A stretch of 64,000 nucleotides of DNA from an uncultured Clostridia bacterium (GTDB taxonomy: Bacteria > Bacillota > Clostridia > TANB77 > CAG-508): the NCBI GenBank assembly GCA_934120135.1, contig CAKOTK010000003.1, forward strand, positions 83,691 to 147,690, written 5' to 3'. The notes below the pieces were generated by a model, which saw only the letters and a list, made by a program, of their open reading frames with translations, did no database searches and was not told where the DNA came from. The position numbers were made by a program, and so were the translations under genes. Below are positions 53,290-63,817 of this stretch, in pieces (position 1 is the first letter of the stretch; every line of letters starts with the position of its first letter).

Positions 53290-54900
53290 TTGGAGAAAAT
53301 AATGACTAAAGAAAAAGGCTATGTTAGTTTTATACTACATGCTCATTTGCCCTTTATACATCATCCTGAAAGTGAAGATTACTTAGAGGAACAATGGTTG
53401 TATGAGGCAATTTCGGAGACCTACTTACCTTTATTAACAAACTTTGGAAAATTAGAGAAGGAAAAAGTTGACTTTAGAATAACAATGTCACTTACTCCTC
53501 CTCTTTTAAATATGCTTGATAATAAGCTATTGCAAAAAAGATATATTAAATATTTAAATACTCATATTGAACTTGCTAAAAAAGAAATAGAAAGAACTAA
53601 GGATAACGCAAAAGAAAATGAACTTGCTCATTATTACTTTAATCGCTATTCTAATGATTTGCATTTATTTAAAGAAATATATAATTGTAACTTAATTGAA
53701 GCTTTTAAGCATTTTCAAGATATTGGAGTGTTAGAGATTATAACTTGTGGTGCAACACATGGATACTTCCCTATTTTATATGTAAATGAAAAAACTGTAA
53801 GAGCACAAATAGCAGTTGGTGTTCAAACATATAAAAAGTATTTTGGTAAGACACCTAATGGAATATGGCTTCCTGAATGTGGATATATTCCTGAGGCTGA
53901 TAAATATTTAAAAGAATTTGGAATTAAATATATAATTACCGAAACACATGGTATTTTATATGCTAACCCTACACCTATTTATGGTACTTTTGCTCCAATT
54001 GTTTCTCCTGAAGGCGTTATTGCTTTTGGTAGAGATATTGAATCTTCAAGGCAAGTGTGGAGTTCTATCAACGGTTATCCTGGTGACTTTAATTACAGAG
54101 AATTTTACAGAGATATTGGATATGACGCTCCTTATGATTACATTAAGCCATATATTGCTTCAAATGGAGTTAGAGTTCATACTGGTATAAAATATTATAG
54201 AATTACTGGTAAAGACTGTGAGAAAGATTACTACAATGTTCAATGGGCTCAAGATAGTGTTGAAAAACAAGCTGGACACTTCTTTGATAGTAGAGTAAAA
54301 CAAATTGACGAATTATCAAAATTAACTTCTAACCCTCCTATTATCACTTGTCCTTATGATGCAGAGTTGTATGGTCACTGGTGGTATGAAGGTCCAGATT
54401 GGCTATATGTTCTATTCAAAAAGATTTACTATGATAAATGTAATTTTAAGTTAATTACTCCTAGCGAATATATTGATAAATACCCTTCTATGCAAGTATG
54501 TACTCCTTGTCGTTCTAGCTGGGGTGCTAATGGTTATAGTGAAGTTTGGTTAAATCATACAAATGATTATGCTCACAAATATTTGCACGATATTGGAAAT
54601 AAAATGGTCGAACTTGCTAATAAATTTCCAAATGAAAAAGATAAAACCAAAAAGAAAGCTTTAAACCAATGTGCTAGGGAAGTATTGTTAGCTCAAAGTA
54701 GTGACTGGTTGTTTATTATTACAAATGGAACTATGGTTGATTATGCTAAAAAGCGTATTAAGGACCATGTTGGTAGATTTAATAGGTTATATGATGGTAT
54801 TATGAATGATAAAATTGATGAGGAATATATAGAGTTCTTAAAAGATGTTTCTAAAAAAGACTGCATATTCCCTGAAATTGATTATATGATTTATAGATAG
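53290..54900 (+). CDS. glycoside hydrolase family 57 (1,4-alpha-glucan branching enzyme-type)
   Basis: 536 aa; N-terminal FILHAHLPFIHHPE and conserved GH57 blocks (WLPECGY, HGHWWYEGPDW). Confidence 0.75.
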   Translation: MEKIMTKEKGYVSFILHAHLPFIHHPESEDYLEEQWLYEAISETYLPLLTNFGKLEKEKVDFRITMSLTPPLLNMLDNKLLQKRYIKYLNTHIELAKKEIERTKDNAKENELAHYYFNRYSNDLHLFKEIYNCNLIEAFKHFQDIGVLEIITCGATHGYFPILYVNEKTVRAQIAVGVQTYKKYFGKTPNGIWLPECGYIPEADKYLKEFGIKYIITETHGILYANPTPIYGTFAPIVSPEGVIAFGRDIESSRQVWSSINGYPGDFNYREFYRDIGYDAPYDYIKPYIASNGVRVHTGIKYYRITGKDCEKDYYNVQWAQDSVEKQAGHFFDSRVKQIDELSKLTSNPPIITCPYDAELYGHWWYEGPDWLYVLFKKIYYDKCNFKLITPSEYIDKYPSMQVCTPCRSSWGANGYSEVWLNHTNDYAHKYLHDIGNKMVELANKFPNEKDKTKKKALNQCAREVLLAQSSDWLFIITNGTMVDYAKKRIKDHVGRFNRLYDGIMNDKIDEEYIEFLKDVSKKDCIFPEIDYMIYR

Positions 54901-54935
54901 AAAAACGCCAATGGAATTTACCATTGGCACTTTTT

Positions 54936-55907
54936 TTATTTGTTTAAATGTTCATTCGTTTCTTTTGTTTCATTATATCTTTCAATAAAATATAAAGGTC
55001 TGTGTTTGCTTTCATTAAATGTTCTTCCTAAATATTCTCCTATAATTCCTAAGAATATTAGTTGAATTCCACCTAAGAATAATATAACTACCATTAGTGA
55101 TGCATAACCAGGTACATCTATTCCTGTTACTATTGTTTTTATAATTATATATAACATATAAATAAATCCAATAACAGAAACTCCACATCCTATAAGTGCT
55201 GCCCATCTTAATGGTGATGTTGTAAATGATGTAATTCCATCAATTGATAAATCAATTAATTTTCCATAATTCCATTTAGTTTGTCCAGCTGCTCTAGGGT
55301 CTCTATCGTATAGAATTTCTTTTTTGTTATATCCTATTATACTAAATAATCCTTTAGTATATCTTTGATTTTCTCTCATTGATTTTAACGCTTCTACGCA
55401 ACGTCTATCTAATAGTCTAAAATCTCCTGTATCTTTTTGTATTTCAATTCTTGTAAAACCTTGTAATACTCTATAATACATTTTAGAAGTGAACTTTTTA
55501 AGCCAAGTTTCTCCTTCTCTAGATTTTCTTTTTGCGTATACATCATCATAGCCTTCTTCCCAGTATTTTATCATTTCTGGAATTAGCTCTGGTGGATCTT
55601 GTAAGTCTGCATCAATTATAACTACTGCATCACCCTTGCAATAATCTAAACCTGCTATCATTGCTGTTTCTTTACCAAAATTTCTAGATAAGTTTAAATA
55701 ACAAAATCTTTTATCCTTTTCTCTTAACTCTTGCATAATCTCAAAAGTTTTGTCTTTACTTCCGTCATTTACTAATAATACTTCAAAGTCATAATTAGTA
55801 TTTTCATTCATTAGTTTTTCTAGTCTATCATATAACAAATGTAAAACTTCTTGTTCATTATATGCTGGTACTAATATTGTGACTAACTTCTTTTTTTCTT
55901 GTTCCAT
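54936..55907 (-). CDS. GT2 polyprenyl-phosphate glycosyltransferase (GtrB/DPM1-like) with C-terminal TM helices
   Basis: 323 aa; LVTILVPAYNEQE…DGSKDKT…DADLQDPP GT-A motifs and two C-terminal TM segments. Confidence 0.75.
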   Translation of the reverse strand: MEQEKKKLVTILVPAYNEQEVLHLLYDRLEKLMNENTNYDFEVLLVNDGSKDKTFEIMQELREKDKRFCYLNLSRNFGKETAMIAGLDYCKGDAVVIIDADLQDPPELIPEMIKYWEEGYDDVYAKRKSREGETWLKKFTSKMYYRVLQGFTRIEIQKDTGDFRLLDRRCVEALKSMRENQRYTKGLFSIIGYNKKEILYDRDPRAAGQTKWNYGKLIDLSIDGITSFTTSPLRWAALIGCGVSVIGFIYMLYIIIKTIVTGIDVPGYASLMVVILFLGGIQLIFLGIIGEYLGRTFNESKHRPLYFIERYNETKETNEHLNK

Positions 55908-55968
55908 AATAACCTCCGATTATTTTGATACTATAGTTATATCACATTTTTCGAAAATAGTAAATAGG

Positions 55969-56820
55969 TTATTTGTTATGGCTTATTTTTGCATTGTTTA
56001 GTATTTTATATGTTTTACATATATCACAATCTTTGCATATAGTTACTCTTCCTTCAAAGATTAGCTTTAAAGTGTTTATAAATTCATCTTCGTCATCAAT
56101 CAAATGTATTTCTATCCTTCTTGGTAAAAGGCATAGTAATGTATTTAGTGCAAAATCATTAGATGAAAAAGAAATATCTGATAAATATTTTGCATTATAT
56201 ATATTTTCCGAAACAGATACTATATTTCTTTTTTCATCTAATAAAATTGATTCTCCATTTATATAAATCAAGTGTAGTAAATTATATTCTGGCATCTTTG
56301 ATTCAACATATACTCTAAGCAAACTAATAAATTCTCTGTATTCTTTTTCTATAATAAACTGATTTACTCCATTGTCTACTATTTCATCTAAATATTCTAG
56401 ATATGCTTTTAATCTAAAATATACAAAACCATCTAAAATCATAGCTTTATTTTCTTTGACATATTCTTTTATATTTTTATTATCAAGTAATTTTGTATTA
56501 TACATTTCTGATTCTATCAGTTGCATACAATTCTCTAATATTTTGTTCTTTTCATATTCATCAAAATAGAAATAGTTGTAGTTTATAAGTTGTTTCAACA
56601 TTTTTTCTTCATAAAACTCAATTACAACTTCTCCTATTAGTTCTGTTAAAAAATCATAAAATTTATTGTTGTTATTTCCTATATAATGAATAGTTATATT
56701 TTTATATATCTTAAATTGATTTTGAGAATATATTAAATTTTCAAAGTCAATTTCTTGAATTCTATTTAGTAGATAATTTAATATTTGGGTATTATTAGTT
56801 TTAAAGCAAAATGATTTCAT
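55969..56820 (-). CDS. putative sporulation protein YtxC-like
   Basis: 283 aa; weak resemblance to YtxC-like family (size, C-terminal Cys cluster CKDCDICK); tentative. Confidence 0.35.
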   Translation of the reverse strand: MKSFCFKTNNTQILNYLLNRIQEIDFENLIYSQNQFKIYKNITIHYIGNNNNKFYDFLTELIGEVVIEFYEEKMLKQLINYNYFYFDEYEKNKILENCMQLIESEMYNTKLLDNKNIKEYVKENKAMILDGFVYFRLKAYLEYLDEIVDNGVNQFIIEKEYREFISLLRVYVESKMPEYNLLHLIYINGESILLDEKRNIVSVSENIYNAKYLSDISFSSNDFALNTLLCLLPRRIEIHLIDDEDEFINTLKLIFEGRVTICKDCDICKTYKILNNAKISHNK

Positions 56821-56917
56821 TTGATTTTTAGCTCCTCTCTACAATATTATCCACTAAAAACTTGTTAGATATACATATTTTATTCTAAATGACTTCAATT
56901 GGTAACATGTTCCAAAT

Positions 56918-57295
56918 TTATTTATTACGAAATCTGCAATATATTCCTTCTTTTAAGTTATATACATTTAAATATCCTAATTGCCACAAAATTTGTTGAG
57001 CTTGTTTGCTACGAATACCACATGAGCAATATACAATTATTGTTGTTCTTTTATTTGGTATTCGAATTTGAATTTCATTTTGTAAATTGTATAAATCAAT
57101 GTTTATAGCATTTGGTAAATGTTCTTCATCGTACTCTTGATGGCTTCTAACATCTAGTAATACTCCATTAGTTTGTCTTAAAATTTCTTGTGCTTGTTTA
57201 TAATTTACTTCCATATCATATATGCTTCGATAAAGAATTTCTTTTATTCTTCCCAATATTTTCACTTTCCTTTCAAATAAAAAAACAATATTCAT
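56918..57295 (-). CDS. rhodanese-domain sulfurtransferase (single domain)
   Basis: LLDVRSHQEYDEEHLPNAINI… VYCSCGIRSKQA with catalytic Cys loop; true start may be internal (MEVNYK or GTG). Confidence 0.7.
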   Translation of the reverse strand: MNIVFLFERKVKILGRIKEILYRSIYDMEVNYKQAQEILRQTNGVLLDVRSHQEYDEEHLPNAINIDLYNLQNEIQIRIPNKRTTIIVYCSCGIRSKQAQQILWQLGYLNVYNLKEGIYCRFRNK

Positions 57296-57327
57296 ACTAT
57301 ATTTTATGAATATTGTTTTATTTTGGT

Positions 57328-57996
57328 TTATTTTTTGTCTGCTAATTTAGCAATTTCTAATTGTTTTTCTTTTAAAATTGTTACAGTTACGATAGATACT
57401 GCATAAACTAGCAATCCTATTGGTGCAACAAATTTATTTACTGGAATTCTACAAATTACTAAAACACTTGCATATACTAATTCTGGAACTATTATAGCTA
57501 ATAAGTATTTTCCTACTGTTTTAAAGCTTCCTAACTCCATGTAACGAATAAATGCATATATTAAAATAATAATAGCGCTTATTGTAACTGGCATAATATA
57601 TGGTTTTAAAATACTTGTAAGTTTTACTCTTGGTTCATATTTTATAATTATGTCATCTGTAGTATTTTGTAGTTCGTATTTTTCATTCATTTTTGTGTTT
57701 AATTGTTCTACTAAGTCTTTTAACTCTGCATTTATATTGTTTACATCTTTTTGTTTTATTGTAATTACTGCCATGTCTTTATAAACTTCTACTTTTTGTA
57801 CTATTATCTCATCTGTCCCAAATACTTCTTTTGCAATTTGTTTTACATCATTGTTTTCAAATTCTTTTTGTATATATACATATAATCTAACATTTTCTGT
57901 ATATATAGTGTCTACTTTAAAACCTTTTACACATGTCATAATTGCTCCAGCTACTATAATTAAAGCTAGCAATATATAAATAATTTTTTTGCTCAT
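57328..57996 (-). CDS. membrane protein, possibly degenerate SecF-like partner of the upstream SecD-like protein
   Basis: 222 aa; N-terminal TM, about 110-aa extracytoplasmic domain, 3 C-terminal TM helices; lacks canonical SecF motifs. Confidence 0.3.
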   Translation of the reverse strand: MSKKIIYILLALIIVAGAIMTCVKGFKVDTIYTENVRLYVYIQKEFENNDVKQIAKEVFGTDEIIVQKVEVYKDMAVITIKQKDVNNINAELKDLVEQLNTKMNEKYELQNTTDDIIIKYEPRVKLTSILKPYIMPVTISAIIILIYAFIRYMELGSFKTVGKYLLAIIVPELVYASVLVICRIPVNKFVAPIGLLVYAVSIVTVTILKEKQLEIAKLADKK

Positions 57997-58043
57997 TTTT
58001 TATCACATTCCTTTACTATAATTTTAATAATGTTAAATAACAA

Positions 58044-59402
58044 CTATTTTGTAAATAATAATGGTTTTGTAAGAATAACGTTATATAGCATTATTAAAAC
58101 AATTCCCCAAAACATTGTCATTCCAAAGCTATAAATTGGAATCCAACTTATAAAGCTAAAGATTATTGTTGTAACTGCTATTGGAATTAATATAAATAAG
58201 AATTTAACAAATCCTTGTTTGTAAGTAAATTCTTGCTCTTCTTTTTTCATTCCATTTAATAGGTATACTATAAACGCATAATTTAGAGCTATAGATATTA
58301 AAATTCCAACCATTCCCTCGATTGATACAACTACATTTGTTAATCTAATTATAATTAATAATGAAGCTATATATCCTATAAAGGTAAGTGCTCCTAATAT
58401 TCCCTTTGCTTTATATTTAAAGATTATAAATAATACTGCGATTACTATTAAACTTAATACAATTATTGCTGGTATAAAGAAATTTTCAGTATTAACATCT
58501 GGTAATATATAGCGGTTATCGTCAACAGTATATGCTAATGGTAAGTTTCCTGTATTCAATAATGTTGCTAAGTTATTAGCCTCTTGTACATAATTTCTTA
58601 AATCCTCACCTTTAGAACTTGCTGTTCCAAATGACAATTGTATCATACCATTAGAGATTTCTTCTGAAAAATATGTGCTAAGTACTGTTGTGTCGTCTAT
58701 TTTAATACTAATTTTTTTAGTTGTTTCATTTCCATCTGTATCAGTAGTTTTAATATATGTATTTGAAATATCTTTTAATTTTTGTGTTCCTTCTTTGTTA
58801 AATTGAATTGTTAAGTATACTGATATTCCACTATCTGTGCTGTTATATGCTACTTGTGCTTTTTTTATGTCGCTATTATTCATTAGAACGTTATCTTGTT
58901 CATCAACAATATTAAAAGTTCCTTTAATAGCCATATATTGTAATGCCATATCAGTATTGCTGTTTTCAGGTATTTTTACTATTATATCTCCATTTTGTTC
59001 ATTTTGTTTTATTTCATAATAGTCAATAGCTCTTTTTACATTCAAATTTACATCTACTGCTTTTAAACTATTTAATCTTTCTTCTATTATTTCTTTTGCT
59101 TTTTTATAGTTTTCTTCTGATAATGCTTCTGTTGGATTTACAGGTACTTCTTGTTTAGTAGTTCCTTCTCCTTCTTTCTCTACCACATTACCATCCTTAT
59201 CATAAATAACAGTATTGGTAGCTGTACTTACTACTAGTCCAATATTTCTTGTTCCTGATAAGTTAGCTCCTAATTTAAATTCTGGTAAAATATTTTCTAC
59301 AAATTTAGTCTTTTGTATAAAAATTCCTCCAAATGAGATTAGTACTAATAAAATTATTATTAAAATTATTAGTGTTCTTTTTAGTCCTTTCATTTTTTTC
59401 AT
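58044..59402 (-). CDS. divergent SecD-like membrane protein
   Basis: 452 aa; N-TM + about 270-aa extracytoplasmic domain + 5 TM. Motif echoes of SecD (FKLGANLSG vs LGLDLxGG; ERLNSL; LNTGNLP vs LxSGALP) but highly diverged. Confidence 0.4.
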   Translation of the reverse strand: MKKMKGLKRTLIILIIILLVLISFGGIFIQKTKFVENILPEFKLGANLSGTRNIGLVVSTATNTVIYDKDGNVVEKEGEGTTKQEVPVNPTEALSEENYKKAKEIIEERLNSLKAVDVNLNVKRAIDYYEIKQNEQNGDIIVKIPENSNTDMALQYMAIKGTFNIVDEQDNVLMNNSDIKKAQVAYNSTDSGISVYLTIQFNKEGTQKLKDISNTYIKTTDTDGNETTKKISIKIDDTTVLSTYFSEEISNGMIQLSFGTASSKGEDLRNYVQEANNLATLLNTGNLPLAYTVDDNRYILPDVNTENFFIPAIIVLSLIVIAVLFIIFKYKAKGILGALTFIGYIASLLIIIRLTNVVVSIEGMVGILISIALNYAFIVYLLNGMKKEEQEFTYKQGFVKFLFILIPIAVTTIIFSFISWIPIYSFGMTMFWGIVLIMLYNVILTKPLLFTK

Positions 59403-59429
59403 TTCCTTTCTTTATTTATTTGTTGTTTT

Positions 59430-59590
59430 TAATATGCTTTGATGAATCAAGATGTTAATTATTTTTTTGTAATTTTAAAAATAATTAGTATATTGCGAGG
59501 AAAGGTGCATTAAAAAGTCAAGGGCGCATACGTTTGTATGTAACCGCGTTTTTAATGTACTTTTACGAAACAAGATGCTGATTATTTTTA
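59430..59590. other. conserved structured intergenic element, copy B, with a partial tandem second copy (B2, 59430-59468)
   Basis: Core 59484-59590 matches copy A (42101-42213), including inner hairpin GCG-CATAC/GTATG-CGC and outer A/U stem. The about 35-nt 3' tail motif recurs upstream at 59430-59468. Confidence 0.6.
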
Positions 59591-59594
59591 AAAT

Positions 59595-60254
59595 TTAGAG
59601 TAATTTTGTGTCATTAATAACCAACTCAAACCAAATTCCTAAATACTTAGCTGCATATTTGCTCATCATAGTTCTATCCATAAATATTTCAAAATAGTCT
59701 AGCACTGGAGATATTTTAGTATCAATTGTTAAGTCTAAAGTAACTTTTCTATTTTCTTTATCTATTATAAATTTTGAATCAGTAACTGCATAATTAACTT
59801 TATCATGTTTATCAAATGTAGAAATATTTTTATTTACTACTCTACTACGATGTGCATCAGACTTGTCCGCTAATATTAAAGCAGCTGATATATCACTTAC
59901 CGCAGTTCCAGTTTGTTCATCATGATTTCCTATTGCCATCATTATTTCGGTTCTTTGCTCGACGCTCATTCCCATATCTTTTAATATTTGATATGCAAGT
60001 ATTGCTCCTGTATGAGCATGATCTACTCTGTTAATACAGTTTCCTATATCATGCATATAACCAGCTATTTTAGCAAGTTCTATTCTTTCTTCTGGATAGT
60101 CTAGTGTTTGTAGTAATTCTCCTGCACGCTGTGATACAATACTCATATGTCTTATTGAGTGTTCTGTGTATCCTAAGGCATTTAACTGTTTTTGTGAACT
60201 TAATATTAATTGAGTAAGTTCTTCATTTTTCTTTACATCTTCTAAAGTAATCAA
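59595..60254 (-). CDS. HD-domain metal-dependent phosphohydrolase
   Basis: 219 aa; H…HD (MHDIGN) …H…H…D pattern. Confidence 0.6.
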   Translation of the reverse strand: MITLEDVKKNEELTQLILSSQKQLNALGYTEHSIRHMSIVSQRAGELLQTLDYPEERIELAKIAGYMHDIGNCINRVDHAHTGAILAYQILKDMGMSVEQRTEIMMAIGNHDEQTGTAVSDISAALILADKSDAHRSRVVNKNISTFDKHDKVNYAVTDSKFIIDKENRKVTLDLTIDTKISPVLDYFEIFMDRTMMSKYAAKYLGIWFELVINDTKLL

Positions 60255-60373
60255 TTAGTTTCCTCCTACTGCATAATTTACCTTTAAATTTTATATTAAA
60301 AAACAAAAAATAGCAACCATTTTTTAGAATTTCTTCTTAAAAAATGTTGCCATTTTTCGACTTTATTTACGTT

Positions 60374-60781
60374 TTACTTTCTATTTGTATTAACTCCTAT
60401 TATCCCACCTATCATTCCTGTAACAATTCCAACTACCAGCATTATAAAGGAATTAAATGTTAAAGAAAAACCTGCTAAAAACAAACTTGATATTAAGTAT
60501 AAGATTATAATATATATAAGTCCAACCATTCCACCATTTAAAATTCCGTTTTTTCTTATTTTTCTTGTACTGATCATACTACCTATTAAAATACTAATTC
60601 CTGTAATTACTAGAATAACTGGTAACATTGTATTTTCTGACAAATTAGTATAGCATAATAACACTGCAAAAATTAACAGTAAGATAGCTGACGCTATAAC
60701 AGCAAACAAACTGCCTTTTATAATTCTAATTGAATTCTTTTTAAATTCACTTTCATCAGTAATAATACTATCTTTTTCCAT
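60374..60781 (-). CDS. small polytopic membrane protein (135 aa)
   Basis: 4 predicted TM helices, G-rich last helix; no family assignment. Confidence 0.3.
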   Translation of the reverse strand: MEKDSIITDESEFKKNSIRIIKGSLFAVIASAILLLIFAVLLCYTNLSENTMLPVILVITGISILIGSMISTRKIRKNGILNGGMVGLIYIIILYLISSLFLAGFSLTFNSFIMLVVGIVTGMIGGIIGVNTNRK

Positions 60782-60888
60782 ATTTAAATTCCTTTCTTTT
60801 ACTAAATTTTATGTTTGTTTTGCTGTTTTAGAACATAACTTTCAAAAAAATAGAAGCTAGAATTTTAAAATTCTAACTTCTGCTTTTC

Positions 60889-62457
60889 TTATTGTTGTGT
60901 ATTATTAGTTGTTGTGTTGCTATTTGTGTTTGTAGTACTACTAACCGCGTTTTCACTTGTTTGTGTGGTGTTTTCTACTGTATTTGTGCTTGTTTGTGTA
61001 GTATTTCCTGCTGTTTCATTATTTTGTGTTTGTGTATTTGTATTTGTTGTTTCATTGTTTGTATTTTCTGTGTTTGTATCAGTATCTTCAGTACTTGTCT
61101 CTGGATTCTTTTCTGGTCTTACCCATTTCTTTATGTAATCAATTATATTCATTAATTGATTATTATATAGCATATAATAAATTTCTTCTCCTTCAGAAGT
61201 TATTGAATATATTGATTGTAAAGCTATTGGTAATAGAGATTTACCATCACTATCTATTAATCCATATACATTATTTCTACATACAACAATTCCTTCATAC
61301 TGTGGTATTAGTAAAACGCTATTTGAATTCTTGTCGTTATTATTACCTCCTATACTACATCCTAAATCTTGATATGTAGTTCCATTTTCTACTATATTTT
61401 TTCCTGTTTTATCAAATATTTCCCATGTTCCATTCTTTTTAGCTGGAATACATTTGTTATATAACAAGTATTGATTTTTTATCTTATTGTTTATATATTG
61501 GTTTGAATTTACTCCTATTTGATCATATTCTAGATAAAGTACAATACTTCCATTTGAGTTAATAACACCTTGCTTTTTATTCTTAGTTGCTAGGTATAAA
61601 CCACTATCTTTGTCAATTTGCTTAATCGCATCATATTCTGGGGCAATTTTTATTTTTGCATCATATGACATAATTCCTACTTTCTTTTCCATTGTAGTTA
61701 CTATAAATTCTTTGGCACTTTCAACGAACTTAATATTAGCATACTTCGTTCCTAATACTTCTTGTCCATCTAATGTTTGTACTCCATAACTTCCATTTTC
61801 ATTTTTTACGATAAGCATATTATATAATAATGCTTTTTGATTGCTAAAGCTTGCATCTTTGTCTGCAATACCTGCATTTTGGAATTTGGTAGTATACCAA
61901 CTAACCAAATATGGCAATGTATAAATATTAATTTGATTTTGCTCTTGATTATAGGCCATAGAAATATTAAAAGCAATTTGTGCTCCCTCAATAGTAGTAT
62001 ATAGTTGATTATCAAACATTTTTATTGGTTCATTTATTTCATAATATTCATAATCATTATTTCCATCTAGTATTATTTTATAAATTTTATTAGATCCTAA
62101 ACTAAATGATGCTATTTCATTTTTTGATTCCACATAGCATTTAGTTATATCTTCTGCATATTCTTTATATTCTCCATTTCCAGAACTATAACCCACATAT
62201 TCAGCAAAAGCTCTAATTGGAATATATAAATTATTATTCTGATCAAACACAAAAATATTTTTCATTTTAGAATTTGATTTTGCATCTACATAAACCTTTA
62301 GTTGTGTAGATTGAATATAATATATTAAAGCTATTAATCCAATTATCAACAATAATAAAAGTACCAAAATAATTCCTATAACCTTCATCATTTTTTTTGC
62401 TTTTACTTGTTCTTCTGTCGGCCTATTATAGCCTGCACTACCAATAAAATCATTCAT
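60889..62457 (-). CDS. membrane-anchored extracytoplasmic protein with T/N/E-rich low-complexity C-terminal tail
   Basis: 522 aa; N-terminal TM anchor, globular region, C-terminal about 70 aa of TNTENTNNETTNTNTQTQNNET…; overlapping plus-strand ORFs are artefacts of this low-complexity stretch. Confidence 0.4.
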   Translation of the reverse strand: MNDFIGSAGYNRPTEEQVKAKKMMKVIGIILVLLLLLIIGLIALIYYIQSTQLKVYVDAKSNSKMKNIFVFDQNNNLYIPIRAFAEYVGYSSGNGEYKEYAEDITKCYVESKNEIASFSLGSNKIYKIILDGNNDYEYYEINEPIKMFDNQLYTTIEGAQIAFNISMAYNQEQNQINIYTLPYLVSWYTTKFQNAGIADKDASFSNQKALLYNMLIVKNENGSYGVQTLDGQEVLGTKYANIKFVESAKEFIVTTMEKKVGIMSYDAKIKIAPEYDAIKQIDKDSGLYLATKNKKQGVINSNGSIVLYLEYDQIGVNSNQYINNKIKNQYLLYNKCIPAKKNGTWEIFDKTGKNIVENGTTYQDLGCSIGGNNNDKNSNSVLLIPQYEGIVVCRNNVYGLIDSDGKSLLPIALQSIYSITSEGEEIYYMLYNNQLMNIIDYIKKWVRPEKNPETSTEDTDTNTENTNNETTNTNTQTQNNETAGNTTQTSTNTVENTTQTSENAVSSTTNTNSNTTTNNTQQ

Positions 62458-62484
62458 AAATAAAAATCCTCCATCTCTTTTGTA

Positions 62485-63628
<1,144 letters not shown>

Positions 63629-63660
63629 TTAATTTTTTTAAAAATATATAATATTAAAAG

Positions 63661-63800
63661 AAAGCGCAGTCCGCGTAAGGTGGAGCGAAGCGTAACGGTT
63701 GGAGAGTTCCGTCCGATAGTGTCCAAAAACAAATTTATTTGTTTTTGTGACATCCAAGGGAAGGAAGCTCGACACCAAGGACAAGCGATTTTAATATTAT
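63661..63800. other. GC-rich structured element of unknown identity between queA and tgt (candidate ncRNA/leader)
   Basis: About 140 nt at about 50% GC in an AT-rich intergenic region; contains a 15-bp A/U hairpin (CAAAAACAAAT-tt-ATTTGTTTTTG), direct repeat CCAAGG x2 and GGAAGGAAGC; strand undetermined. Confidence 0.35.
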
Positions 63801-63817
63801 ATATTTTGTATAACAAT

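Noticed and set aside
60892-61379. Cys-rich and Leu/Tyr-rich plus-strand ORFs (87, 74, 117 aa)
   Set aside because: Antisense to the T/N-rich low-complexity tail of the 60889-62457 gene; their biased composition is a complement artefact.
63740-63790. SRP RNA helix-8-like motif GGAAGGAAGC…CCAAGG
   Set aside because: No GNRA tetraloop in the right register and flanking sequence cannot form the conserved symmetric and asymmetric loops; too short for a confident call.
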